This document shows positions 1-9,387 of a stretch of DNA of 64,000 bases, in pieces. This stretch comes from Sedimentisphaerales bacterium (GTDB taxonomy: Bacteria; Planctomycetota; Phycisphaerae; Sedimentisphaerales; SM23-30): positions 96,001-160,000 of the forward strand of contig CAXXFK010000031.1 in the NCBI GenBank assembly GCA_963663965.2, given 5' to 3'. Both the position numbers and the translations under genes were made by a program. A model generated the notes under the pieces. It saw only the letters and a list, made by a program, of their open reading frames with translations. It ran no database searches and had not been told where the DNA came from. Numbering within the stretch: the stretch's first letter is position 1; each line of letters opens with the position of its first letter.

Positions 1-4
1 TATA

Positions 5-520
5 GTGCTGATCAGCCATAGTCATTATGATCATTATAGTGCTGAAGATATTGAGCTAGTCTCAGGAAAAGACTGCCAACTTATTGCGCCACAGGATGTT
101 ATCACAAAAAACCGTACTGGTACAGTTATTGAAGCCGGTCAGACAATTCAAACAGGCGAGGTAACCATTACTGCAGTACCGGCTTATAATGTCAGTAAAA
201 ATTTTCATCCCAAAGAAAATAACTGGATTGGTTTTATCATCGAGCTGGACAATAAAAAAATATACTATGCTGGCGATACGGATGCTACAGATGAAATGAT
301 CTCGTTGGATAATATTGATCTGGCCATGTTACCGGTGGGCGGTACCTACACATTGGATGCTCGTGAAGCAGCCCTGGCTGTTAATCAACTGAAACCCAAG
401 ATTGCGGTACCTTATCACTGGGGTGACATTGTCGGAAAACGCCGCAATGCGGATGAATTTGCGGAGATGGCTGAATGTCAAACCGTGGTATTATTGCCTG
501 GAGAAAGTATTCAGATATAA
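5..520 (+). CDS. MBL-fold metallo-hydrolase (UlaG-like), 5' end cut by the window edge
   Basis: SHSHYDH metal-binding motif, YYAGDTD, LPVGGTYT and PYHWG motifs. Confidence 0.85.
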   Translation: MLISHSHYDHYSAEDIELVSGKDCQLIAPQDVITKNRTGTVIEAGQTIQTGEVTITAVPAYNVSKNFHPKENNWIGFIIELDNKKIYYAGDTDATDEMISLDNIDLAMLPVGGTYTLDAREAALAVNQLKPKIAVPYHWGDIVGKRRNADEFAEMAECQTVVLLPGESIQI

Positions 521-527
521 AACATAA

Positions 528-688
528 GGGCACCTCTAAAAATTCATTCAGGGCTGCAAGCGGTCTGATTTTCCTCTGGACGGCGTCACAAAAAACCGTG
601 AATATTGACGAATATGCCCGGTTCTTTGTTCCTTGCCAGAGAAAAATCATCCTCGCTTTCGCCTCTAAAGCAATTATTTGAGGTACCC
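528..688. repeat. MITE-like long imperfect palindrome
   Basis: Terminal inverted repeats GGGCACCTCTAAAAATT / AATTATTTGAGGTACCC; nested stems TGATTTTCCTCTGG/CCAGAGAAAAATCA and ACAAAAAACCG/CGGTTCTTTGT; ATAA on both flanks. Confidence 0.6.
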
Positions 689-842
689 ATAAGACTTGAG
701 ACAGATAGAACTTGAGGAAGCATTTGAAAAAAAAGCTGGATTTATAGCCGGCTGATATTAAAATATCCCTTCTTTACATGATAAAATATTGCGACTTGGA
801 TAGTAATATGTCTTATAAATCATTATTTTAAAAGTAATTAAG

Positions 843-1316
843 TTGAAATTTATACTATTTGACAAAGTGACAGAAATTGAACCGGGCAAAAAAATCGCCA
901 CGGTAAAAGCACTCTCTCTGGCCGAAGAGTATCTGGGAGATCATTTTCCCGATTTTCCTGTTTTGCCAGGCGTGATGATGATCGAAGCGCTTGTACAAAG
1001 CGCCGCCATGCTGGTAAGGGTGACAAACCATTTCAGGCACAGTATGGTTGTGATGAGTGAGTGTCGGAACGTAAAATATAAAAGCTTTGTCAAACCCGGT
1101 AATTTGCTCCGGATCCAGATTGACGCCAAGTCAATTGATGATCAAGAGAGTTCTTTTACCGGACAGGGCTGGGTGGATGATCGCTCAATGGTCGAAGCCC
1201 GCTTTAAGTTGAAACATTATAACCTTTGTGAACAGGAGCCATATCTGGCCGATGTCGACAACCGAATCATACAGGAAATGAAAAAGCGTGCCGCACTGGT
1301 AGGCGCATGCCGATAA
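843..1316 (+). CDS. fabZ: FabZ/FabA-like 3-hydroxyacyl-ACP dehydratase (hotdog fold)
   Basis: DHFPDFPVLPGVMMIEA catalytic His/Glu motif; FVKPG; TTG start. Confidence 0.85.
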   Translation: MKFILFDKVTEIEPGKKIATVKALSLAEEYLGDHFPDFPVLPGVMMIEALVQSAAMLVRVTNHFRHSMVVMSECRNVKYKSFVKPGNLLRIQIDAKSIDDQESSFTGQGWVDDRSMVEARFKLKHYNLCEQEPYLADVDNRIIQEMKKRAALVGACR

Positions 1317-1359
1317 TACATATATAATTAAACGAATAGATCTGGAGGTTTACCCGATC

Positions 1360-1749
1360 ATGTCAATGTCTCGTGAAGAAATTTTCAATATTGTCAAAGA
1401 AAATCTGATTGACGCCTTGGGTGTCGATGATGATGAAGTAACCGGTGAAGCAACGATTATGGGCGATCTTGGGGCAGAAAGTATTGATTTTCTCGATATT
1501 ATTTTCCGTCTGGAAAAGGCTTTCGATATTAAGGTGCCGCGTGAAGAGTTATATCCGGACAATCTGCTCAATAATGAAACGTTAGTCAAAGATGGTAAAG
1601 TCACCGAAGCTGGCCTGGCTGAATTGAAAAGCAAGATGCCTCATGTTGATTTCGCCGATTTCGAATCGGATCCTGATATTAACAAAATCAGTGATCTGTT
1701 TACTGTGAATTCGATTGTATCTTTTGTTGAGAATAAACTGAAAGGTTAA
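1360..1749 (+). CDS. Acyl carrier protein, elongated type (129 aa)
   Basis: DLGAESIDFLDI phosphopantetheine-Ser motif; acidic; internal insertion; GGAGG RBS. Confidence 0.85.
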   Translation: MSMSREEIFNIVKENLIDALGVDDDEVTGEATIMGDLGAESIDFLDIIFRLEKAFDIKVPREELYPDNLLNNETLVKDGKVTEAGLAELKSKMPHVDFADFESDPDINKISDLFTVNSIVSFVENKLKG

Positions 1750-1844
1750 GCTGGTCCCAATCCACGTCAGGACATGAGAAATGCCTCAATTTGAGTGTAA
1801 AACACCATGTTCTATGGGTGTTGGCGGCATTGGAACTAAAATAA

Positions 1845-2336
1845 ATGCGTTGGTTCTGGATTGATAAATTTATTGAGTTTGAATCGGGCAAGCGAGCTGT
1901 ATCTGTCAAGAATGTGACTTTGGCAGAGGAACATCTCCATGATCATTTCCCCGGATATCCGGTCATGCCCCAATCCCTGATGATCGAAGCTATGGCCCAA
2001 ACGGGTGGAATTCTGGTAGGTGAGCATCGGAATTTCAAGGAAAAAGTCATACTTGCCAAAGTAAGCAAAGCAATTTTTCATGACCTGGCGCGTCCAGGAG
2101 ATCAATTATTTCTAGAAGCAGTCGCCGATAATGTCACGCAGGAAGCCGCAAATATCAACGGCACAATTCGGTGCGGCGATAAAATAATCGCAGAAATCAG
2201 CATGTTATTCAGCCATATCGACCAGAACATGGCCGGTTTGGAATTTCCTGAGGAGAATTTTGTCTTTAACGAACAATTCATGAATCAGTTAAAATTTTAT
2301 ATCCCCTCAGAAATTGCCAAGATCCAACCAGCCTGA
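1845..2336 (+). CDS. fabZ: Second FabZ-like dehydratase
   Basis: WFWIDK, DHFPGYPVMPQSLMIEAMAQ, ARPGDQL motifs. Confidence 0.85.
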   Translation: MRWFWIDKFIEFESGKRAVSVKNVTLAEEHLHDHFPGYPVMPQSLMIEAMAQTGGILVGEHRNFKEKVILAKVSKAIFHDLARPGDQLFLEAVADNVTQEAANINGTIRCGDKIIAEISMLFSHIDQNMAGLEFPEENFVFNEQFMNQLKFYIPSEIAKIQPA

Positions 2337-2481
2337 AGCCAACTAAACCGGATTAATTCTCTGATGAAATCGACATTCTTGACCGACCGGCCATTTTAAA
2401 TATACCATGAATTTCAGACAATCTTTTCAGCATTGTCTACTTTTGCCAATGAAGTAATTAGCATTCAGGAAAGATGTTATT

Positions 2482-3804
2482 ATGACGAATCGTCGTGTAG
2501 TCATTACGGGCATTGGTGTTGTCAATGCACTTGGACTCAACAGCCAGGACTATATTGAAAATTTGAAAAACGGGGTGTCGGGTGTCACTCGCATAAAATC
2601 ATTCGATCCATCCGGTTTTACCTGCCAGGTTGCCGCAGAAGCGCCTGAGTTTTCCATAAATAAAATCGTTCCCAAGGCACAGCGGAAATCGTCAAAATTG
2701 ATGAACAAAGACATTCAACTGGCAGTGGCCGCCGCGGATGATGCGATGCGAAATGCCGGTTTGAATACTCGCGCCAATAATCCAGATGGTCCTGTCGATA
2801 TTGAACCAACTCGTAGCGGCGTTAATCTCGGGGCCGGTACAATCTGTTGTGACATGACGGAGTTTGGCACAGCCACACATCAGGCGGTTGACGATAACGG
2901 CCAGTTCAGTTTGGCTGAATGGGGTACTAATGGAATGACCAATCTGACCCCATTATGGATGCTGAAATATCTGCCCAACATGCTGAGTTGTCATATCAGC
3001 ATCATTTATGACTTACAGGGTCCCAGCAATTCAATCACTACCGCTGAAGTATCCGGCATGCTTAGCGTAGGAGAAGCCTACTTACATATCGCGCATAATC
3101 GAGCCGATTTGATGGTCGCCGGCGGAGGAGAGGCAAAGGTTATAGCCATGGGATTGATTCGTTACAGTCTCATGCAACGGGTCGCAACGCGATATAACGA
3201 TAAGCCGAGTCAGGCATGCCGCCCCTTCGATTCGGACGCCAATGGTTCGGTATTAGGTGATGGCGCCGGCATTCTGGTTATGGAAGATATGGAATTGGCC
3301 ATGAAGCGCCAGGCTCCAGTGTTGGCTGAAGTCGCTGGTTTCGGGGCCTCTCAGAATTTTTATCATCAGTTTATTGAAAATGAACCGGATTTTGCCGGTA
3401 CTGTATGTGCCATCCGAAAAGCCATGGAAGCCGCAGGGATCACACCACAAGACATTGACCTGGTTATTCCACAGGGAATTGGAGCACCTGCTTATGATCG
3501 AGCCGAAGCCCTGGCTCTTCGTGAAGTATTTGGCTCATTTCTTAACAAGCCGGATATTCTGACGACTAAATGGGCCATTGGTGTTTGCGGCGCTGCCAGC
3601 AGCGCGATCGATCTGGCAACCGCCGCTATGGCTATTCAAAACGGTATTGTTCCCGGCAATGTAAATACACCCGATCCAGTTGCTGAGTACGGACTCAATA
3701 TCCCACTGAAAACTCATACCCGCAATATTCGTTATGCGTTGGTATTATCGCAGACTTATGGTGGTCAAACGGCAGCGATGGTTTTAAAGAAATATTCAGA
3801 TTAA
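2482..3804 (+). CDS. FabF-like ketosynthase lacking the catalytic triad (chain-length-factor-like)
   Basis: RRVVITGIG and CRPFD motifs give the KS fold; TAEVSG replaces TACxS, PQGIG replaces AHGTxT, GVCGAA replaces GHxxxA. Confidence 0.8.
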   Translation: MTNRRVVITGIGVVNALGLNSQDYIENLKNGVSGVTRIKSFDPSGFTCQVAAEAPEFSINKIVPKAQRKSSKLMNKDIQLAVAAADDAMRNAGLNTRANNPDGPVDIEPTRSGVNLGAGTICCDMTEFGTATHQAVDDNGQFSLAEWGTNGMTNLTPLWMLKYLPNMLSCHISIIYDLQGPSNSITTAEVSGMLSVGEAYLHIAHNRADLMVAGGGEAKVIAMGLIRYSLMQRVATRYNDKPSQACRPFDSDANGSVLGDGAGILVMEDMELAMKRQAPVLAEVAGFGASQNFYHQFIENEPDFAGTVCAIRKAMEAAGITPQDIDLVIPQGIGAPAYDRAEALALREVFGSFLNKPDILTTKWAIGVCGAASSAIDLATAAMAIQNGIVPGNVNTPDPVAEYGLNIPLKTHTRNIRYALVLSQTYGGQTAAMVLKKYSD

Positions 3805-3827
3805 TTTTAAAATTCAGGACAAAGCTC

Positions 3828-5153
3828 ATGATGCGACGCGTAGTCATAACAGGAATTGGATGTGTGACGCCCCTGGGAAACGATATAGACACCATGTGGC
3901 GTAATGTATTGGATGGTGACTGTGCCATCGCTCCCACAACGTTATTTGACGCCCGGACTTTCCCAACTCAGTTCGCCTCTGAAGTTAGACAGTTTAACCA
4001 CATGGATTATGTGCCTGAGGCGTTCCGTAAGGGACATGAAGTCGTTAGCCGGAATTCCGGCTTTATGATTGGCGCGGCCATGCAGGCCTGGAAAATGGCA
4101 GGCTTACCGTTTCCTTATTCCACTGAGAATGAACTGCCTGAAGCCGGACGTATCGGTGTTTACCTGGGCGCGGGCGAAGGGCCGGCTGATTTTGAGCCTT
4201 TTGTCGCTGCGATTACCCAAAGCTGGGACAAGGAAAAACAGGATATCAACTGGCAACATTGGTGTGAATTGGCATTTTCAAAAATGGATTTACAGCGTGA
4301 AATGGAGCAGGAAACCAATATGCCGGTTTCACATATCGCGCGATTGTTCCAATTAAGAGGTCCAAGTATCGGGTGCCTGACCGCATGCGCCGCCAGCACA
4401 CAAGCCATTGGCGAAGCTACTGAACTGATCCGTAACGGCCAGGTGGATATGATGTTAACTGGAGGCGCTCATTCAATGATTAATCCTCTGGGAGTCACCG
4501 GTTTCAACCGGCTGACGGCCCTGTCCACTCGCAACGATGACCCAAAAACCTCATCACGTCCTTTCGATCGGACACGAGATGGGTTTGTTCTGGCTGAAGG
4601 CGCCGGCGCGCTGGTCATTGAAGAACACGAGTGTGCTATCCGACGAGGCGCCAATATCTTATGTGAGATTATCGGCTATGGCAGTACCGCCGATGCGTTT
4701 CGGGTGACGGACCAACACGAAGATGGTCGAGGCGGTATTGCCGCCGTTCAAATGGCTTTGAAAGATGCCGGCGTGACAATTAATGATATTGATTATATCA
4801 GCGCGCATGGAACCGGTACGGCCGAAAACGATTCCATCGAAACCAAAGTGATTCGATCGGTTTTTGGGGAAAGGGCGTATCAGATCCCCGTGAGCAGCGT
4901 AAAAAGCAGCCTGGGCCACCTGATTGCCGCCGCCGGGGTTACGGAATTAATCACCTGCATCCTGGCCATCCGTGATCAAATCATCCCCCCTACCATCAAT
5001 TTGAACACTCCCGATCCAGATTGCGATCTCGATTATGTCCCCAATGTGTCCCGCAAGGCAATGGTGCATACCGCCCTGTCAAACTCCTTTGGATTTGGGG
5101 GCCAGAATAATACCTTGATTATTCGCAAATATGAAGACATTTCTGCCTCATAA
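3828..5153 (+). CDS. fabF: 3-oxoacyl-ACP synthase II, intact Cys-His-His triad
   Basis: TACAAS, SAHGTGT, GHLIAAAG, SNSFGFGGQN. Confidence 0.92.
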   Translation: MMRRVVITGIGCVTPLGNDIDTMWRNVLDGDCAIAPTTLFDARTFPTQFASEVRQFNHMDYVPEAFRKGHEVVSRNSGFMIGAAMQAWKMAGLPFPYSTENELPEAGRIGVYLGAGEGPADFEPFVAAITQSWDKEKQDINWQHWCELAFSKMDLQREMEQETNMPVSHIARLFQLRGPSIGCLTACAASTQAIGEATELIRNGQVDMMLTGGAHSMINPLGVTGFNRLTALSTRNDDPKTSSRPFDRTRDGFVLAEGAGALVIEEHECAIRRGANILCEIIGYGSTADAFRVTDQHEDGRGGIAAVQMALKDAGVTINDIDYISAHGTGTAENDSIETKVIRSVFGERAYQIPVSSVKSSLGHLIAAAGVTELITCILAIRDQIIPPTINLNTPDPDCDLDYVPNVSRKAMVHTALSNSFGFGGQNNTLIIRKYEDISAS

Positions 5154-6504
5154 AGGGATCCCCCCCGGATTCTTGACCATCCTGGTTATCAGTCTGGTTA
5201 TACGAATTGCATTACCATTTCTTGGGGGTTTTGAAAGAAACTTTTATAAAAGCCCGGATACGGATGATTACCTGATATCAGCCCGTACTTTGTTGCAGAG
5301 CGGGTGTTTTAATAATATGGATGGTCCAGAGATTAAGCGAACCCCGGGGTACCCATGCTTTTTGATGGCAGGCATGGTTACTCCAAAACCAGTTGCGATT
5401 GTGATTGTACTTCAGGTCTTGATCGATATCTTTTCTGTAATTTTAATTTACCAAGTTGCTTTCTTTCTTTCCGGCAACCTGCGTCTGTCATTGTTCATTA
5501 TGGCGCTGGCCGCCTTCGATCCATTGCATATTATCTATTGCTACAAGTTGTTATCCGAAACATTATTTTCATGTTTATTTCTGCTATTCCTGATATTTGC
5601 GGTACGCTGGTTAAGAAAGCCAGCCATTGACGCCGCTATTCTTTCAACGACCTTTTTGACATTAGCAACTTTTGTACGTCCCGTAACTTTTTATCTGAAT
5701 ATTCTATTCCCCTTTATGATCCTGATCATTTCCCTGATAAAAAAACTCCCCCTGAAAACGAGTGCTCTTTCATTGCTTCTGACTGTACTTTTTGTTTGTC
5801 CATTATTTGTCTGGCAATACCGGAATCATGCTGTGGCTAATTATCATGGTTTTTCTGCCATCCAGGATATCAATCTGTATTTCTACAACGCCGCAGCCGT
5901 GCAGGCCAAACTGGAAAATAAGCCTTTTTATCAGAAACAGCATGAACTGGGTTTTAATAATCCTATCCAGTTCAAAGCCTCTCATCCCGATTACCCTGAA
6001 CTCAATGATGCAAAAGTATATTCCTATTTAAAAAAAGATGCGGTCCGAGTCATTTTAAGTCATCCAGTTCTATACGCACAGATTCATTTAAAAGGAATTT
6101 TTCGAATATTGATTGATCCCGATATGGTTGAGTGGTTTCGGATGACCGGGCAATATCCGGAATCGGGAGGCTTGCTGGGAGAAGTGGCTGATTCGGGTTT
6201 AATAGCAACAATATGTAGACTGATGGAAGAACGTCCTGTCTTTTTCTTTATTAATCTTGGAGCAGGATTGCTTTTGGCATGTCTCTACATACTGGTTGTC
6301 ATAAGTCTTATCCGACAATCCGGTCACCCGGTTTTATGGTTCCTGTTTTCGATATTGTTGTATCTGCTACTGGTATCAGGGGGACCGGCAGCCCTGGGAC
6401 GATTTCGCCATCCCATCATGCCACTTTTCTATCTTATTATTGCCATTGGATTCATTGATCGAAAAAAAAGAATCGCATCACAGGGCCATGAAACTGTCTT
6501 GTAA
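5131..6504 (+). CDS. Polytopic membrane glycosyltransferase (ArnT/GT39-like, GT-C fold)
   Basis: Many hydrophobic helices; PDTDDY, RTPGYP, LLSETLF, ATFVRP, RFRHP motifs; overlaps the fabF stop. Confidence 0.65.
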   Translation: MKTFLPHKGIPPGFLTILVISLVIRIALPFLGGFERNFYKSPDTDDYLISARTLLQSGCFNNMDGPEIKRTPGYPCFLMAGMVTPKPVAIVIVLQVLIDIFSVILIYQVAFFLSGNLRLSLFIMALAAFDPLHIIYCYKLLSETLFSCLFLLFLIFAVRWLRKPAIDAAILSTTFLTLATFVRPVTFYLNILFPFMILIISLIKKLPLKTSALSLLLTVLFVCPLFVWQYRNHAVANYHGFSAIQDINLYFYNAAAVQAKLENKPFYQKQHELGFNNPIQFKASHPDYPELNDAKVYSYLKKDAVRVILSHPVLYAQIHLKGIFRILIDPDMVEWFRMTGQYPESGGLLGEVADSGLIATICRLMEERPVFFFINLGAGLLLACLYILVVISLIRQSGHPVLWFLFSILLYLLLVSGGPAALGRFRHPIMPLFYLIIAIGFIDRKKRIASQGHETVL

Positions 6505-6507
6505 TTA

Positions 6508-6867
6508 TCAACCTACTCCACGGGTATATATCAAAACCCAGTTATCATCTCTCTGTTCAAGGCGTACTATTCCATCCAATACCTGCCCATCCAACCGAAC
6601 GGTCAACCTGTCCGCCCCCGATTCAATCAAGATGTACTCCCCCGCATCCACCTGCCGAACCTCTCCACGATTTCTGCTTACCGGTCCTTCATATCCCAGG
6701 TAAGTTATTCGATGATCCACTAAACGGCAACAAGTTAGAATGCCGTTCCAAGTCTCCACAGGTTCTTTGACCTGCCAGGTCCACAAAACGCTATCCGCCT
6801 CTAACATGAAATCCCAATGGACACGCCCATCATCAAGACGATGTTCTAATACGACATACCTTGACAT
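6508..6867 (-). CDS. Stand-alone LigD-type DNA 3'-phosphoesterase domain protein
   Basis: RYVVLEH...HWDFMLE...DHRITYLGYEG motifs; start overlaps the uvrB stop. Confidence 0.75.
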   Translation of the reverse strand: MSRYVVLEHRLDDGRVHWDFMLEADSVLWTWQVKEPVETWNGILTCCRLVDHRITYLGYEGPVSRNRGEVRQVDAGEYILIESGADRLTVRLDGQVLDGIVRLEQRDDNWVLIYTRGVG

Positions 6868-8879
6868 TATTTTTTTCGCTTCTTCCTGATCTTGCCCATG
6901 ACCAGATTCGAATTCGGCAGATCCCGCAATTCCCGTATCCGGTCCCGCAACTCTGCGGCCCGTTCAAATTCCATTGCCTCGGCCGCCTCATACATCTCTT
7001 TCTCAAGGATGCCAATCAACTCCTCGCGATCATATTCCATCTCATCTTGTGTCAAGGCATCCTGCGCGATGCGGCGTGCCTTCAGTTCATGATCGAATGT
7101 GTTTCGTATCGCTTTACGTATTGTTTCGGGAGTTATTCCATGTTCCTGATTATACGCCATCTGCAATTTTCGCCGTCTGGCAGTTTCATCCATTGCCCGT
7201 TGGATGGAAGGGGTTATCTTGTCCGCGTACAGGATCACCTTGGCGTTTACATTCCGCGCTGTCCGTCCTATCGTTTGTATTAACGATGTCTCACTCCTTA
7301 AAAACCCTTCCTTATCCGCGTCGAGAATTGCCACCAGGGAAACTTCCGGTAAATCCAGGCCCTCCCGCAATAAATTCACTCCAACCACTACATCAAATTC
7401 GCCTGCCCGCAATTGACGCAAGATCTCCACCCGTTCCAAAGTATCGATCTCACTATGCAAATAACTGCATCGAATCCCTTTCCCCTTGATAAATTTACTC
7501 AAATCCTCCGCCAGCCGTTTGGTCAATACCGTAACCAGTGTTCGTTCGCCGATTTCAACTCGCTTGTTGATCTCTTCCAGTAAATGGGGTACCTGTCCGG
7601 ATGCCGCTTCGATAAATATTTCCGGATCCAGTAATCCGGTTGGTCGGATCACCTGTTCCACTACCTGGCCTTCACATAATTCCAATTCATAGGGTCCCGG
7701 CGTTGCCGAGACAAATATGACCTGATTCCACTTCTCAAAAAACTCCTCAAAGCGAAGCGGCCGGTTATCCAATGCGCTGGGCAATCGAAATCCGTGATCC
7801 ACCAGAACCGTCTTACGACTGCGATCACCCGCGTACATGGCCCGTAACTGGGGTATGGTCACATGAGATTCATCGATCAGCAACAGGAAATCTTTGGGAA
7901 AATAATCGATCAAGGTATAGGGTGTCGCCCCTGGCGGCAGTCCTGCCAGATGCCGGGCATAATTCTCAATTCCCGAGCAGTAACCCACCTCTTTGATCAA
8001 TTCCATATCGTATCGTGTCCGCGCGCTCAACCGCTGAGCCTCCAGCAATTTGCCATCTCCCCTCAACTGCAATAGTCGTCGTTCCAGTTCCTCACCAATC
8101 CCAGTCAAAGCCCCTTCAATGCGGTCTTCCGGCATGACATAATGCTGAGCCGGATAGACGAAAAATTGCCGATCTTCTACCAGAATCTCTCCGCTGATCG
8201 GATTAATTAGTGACAATCGCTCGATCTCATCCCCGAACATCTCAATCCGTACGGCAAATTCATCATATGCCGGCCAGATCTCCACCACATCGCCCCGTAC
8301 CCGGAATCGCCCTCGCTCGAAAGCAAAGTCATTGCGTTCATAACGGATCTCGGTCAGGCCCTCTAAAATCTGGTCCCGATCCACCAGCATCCCTACCCGT
8401 AACGGTACCATGGCTTTCTGGTATTCCTCCGGTGAACCCAACCCGAAAATACAGGAAACTGACGCAACCACCACCACATCCTGCCGCGACATCAGCGATG
8501 TCGTCGTACTCAAGCGTAATCGATCCAGATCATCATTCCGCGAGGCATCCTTTTCAATATAAATATCACGCTGAGGAATATAAGCTTCCGGCTGATAATA
8601 GTCGTAATAGCTGACAAAATACTCTACTGCGTTTTCTGGGAATAGCTCCTTGAACTCTTCATAAAGTTGAGCCGCCAGAGTTTTGTTATGACTGATCACC
8701 AGCGTCGGTTTCTGCAATCTTTGCATTACATGGGCCATCGTAAATGTCTTACCTGACCCTGTCACCCCCATCAGAGCCTGAAACCGCTGCCCCTTTTGAG
8801 CCTCTTGTACAAGTGCATCAATAGCCTGCGGTTGGTCGCCAGCAGGTTCAAACTGACTGATTACTTTCAATTCGGACAC
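6867..8879 (-). CDS. uvrB: Excinuclease ABC subunit B
   Basis: [39 protein letters not shown]-terminal UVR coiled coil. Confidence 0.98.
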   Translation of the reverse strand: MSELKVISQFEPAGDQPQAIDALVQEAQKGQRFQALMGVTGSGKTFTMAHVMQRLQKPTLVISHNKTLAAQLYEEFKELFPENAVEYFVSYYDYYQPEAYIPQRDIYIEKDASRNDDLDRLRLSTTTSLMSRQDVVVVASVSCIFGLGSPEEYQKAMVPLRVGMLVDRDQILEGLTEIRYERNDFAFERGRFRVRGDVVEIWPAYDEFAVRIEMFGDEIERLSLINPISGEILVEDRQFFVYPAQHYVMPEDRIEGALTGIGEELERRLLQLRGDGKLLEAQRLSARTRYDMELIKEVGYCSGIENYARHLAGLPPGATPYTLIDYFPKDFLLLIDESHVTIPQLRAMYAGDRSRKTVLVDHGFRLPSALDNRPLRFEEFFEKWNQVIFVSATPGPYELELCEGQVVEQVIRPTGLLDPEIFIEAASGQVPHLLEEINKRVEIGERTLVTVLTKRLAEDLSKFIKGKGIRCSYLHSEIDTLERVEILRQLRAGEFDVVVGVNLLREGLDLPEVSLVAILDADKEGFLRSETSLIQTIGRTARNVNAKVILYADKITPSIQRAMDETARRRKLQMAYNQEHGITPETIRKAIRNTFDHELKARRIAQDALTQDEMEYDREELIGILEKEMYEAAEAMEFERAAELRDRIRELRDLPNSNLVMGKIRKKRKK

Positions 8880-8990
8880 AACTATCTCCTTAACTCAAAC
8901 TTATTTAAACACTTAGATCATAGCACCTCAATTCTGGATAATCAACTCTTGTTTAACGCACCTTTTTAACCCCCCTTAAATGGTTTTCTG

Positions 8991-9019
8991 TTGACATCCA
9001 ATTTTTCATAAACTATCAT
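8991..9019 (+). promoter_or_regulatory. Sigma70-type promoter for tRNA-Arg
   Basis: TTGACA-17 nt-TATCAT, 46 nt upstream of the tRNA. Confidence 0.65.
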
Positions 9020-9065
9020 TATATATAGATTAGCATATCGTCTAATCACCCGATAACCAACTTAA

Positions 9066-9138
9066 GCGCTCGTAGCTCAATGGATAGAGTCGCGGACTTC
9101 GAATCCGAAGGTTGGAGGTTCGAGTCCTCCCGGGCGCA
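9066..9138 (+). tRNA. tRNA-Arg (anticodon TCG), CCA not encoded
   Basis: Acceptor stem GCGCTCG/CGGGCGC, D arm, anticodon loop CT-TCG-AA, T arm GGAGG-TTCGAGT-CCTCC. Confidence 0.95.
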
Positions 9139-9387
9139 TTGATATGAAAGCAACTTTTATATTGGTCAGGTTAATTATGTCAATTTCGGTCAGTGGCATA
9201 TCCGAGTATACCCAGTTAAAGCCAATGATCATTCGTTAAAAGAAGTGAATTCCTATATTCCCGATCTTTAGCTGTTTTAAATGGTATATCGTCAGATTTA
9301 GTAGTAAACTATCGGGTTGAATCACCGGACTCATAAGACTATTTAGGTTGTTGATTCTCTGTGACTATTAATTGGGAGAATGTAAAA

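Noticed and set aside
843..5153. Ladderane or aryl-polyene biosynthesis call
   Set aside because: No radical SAM, methyltransferase, desaturase or aromatic starter ligase genes in the window; only the KS pairing is similar
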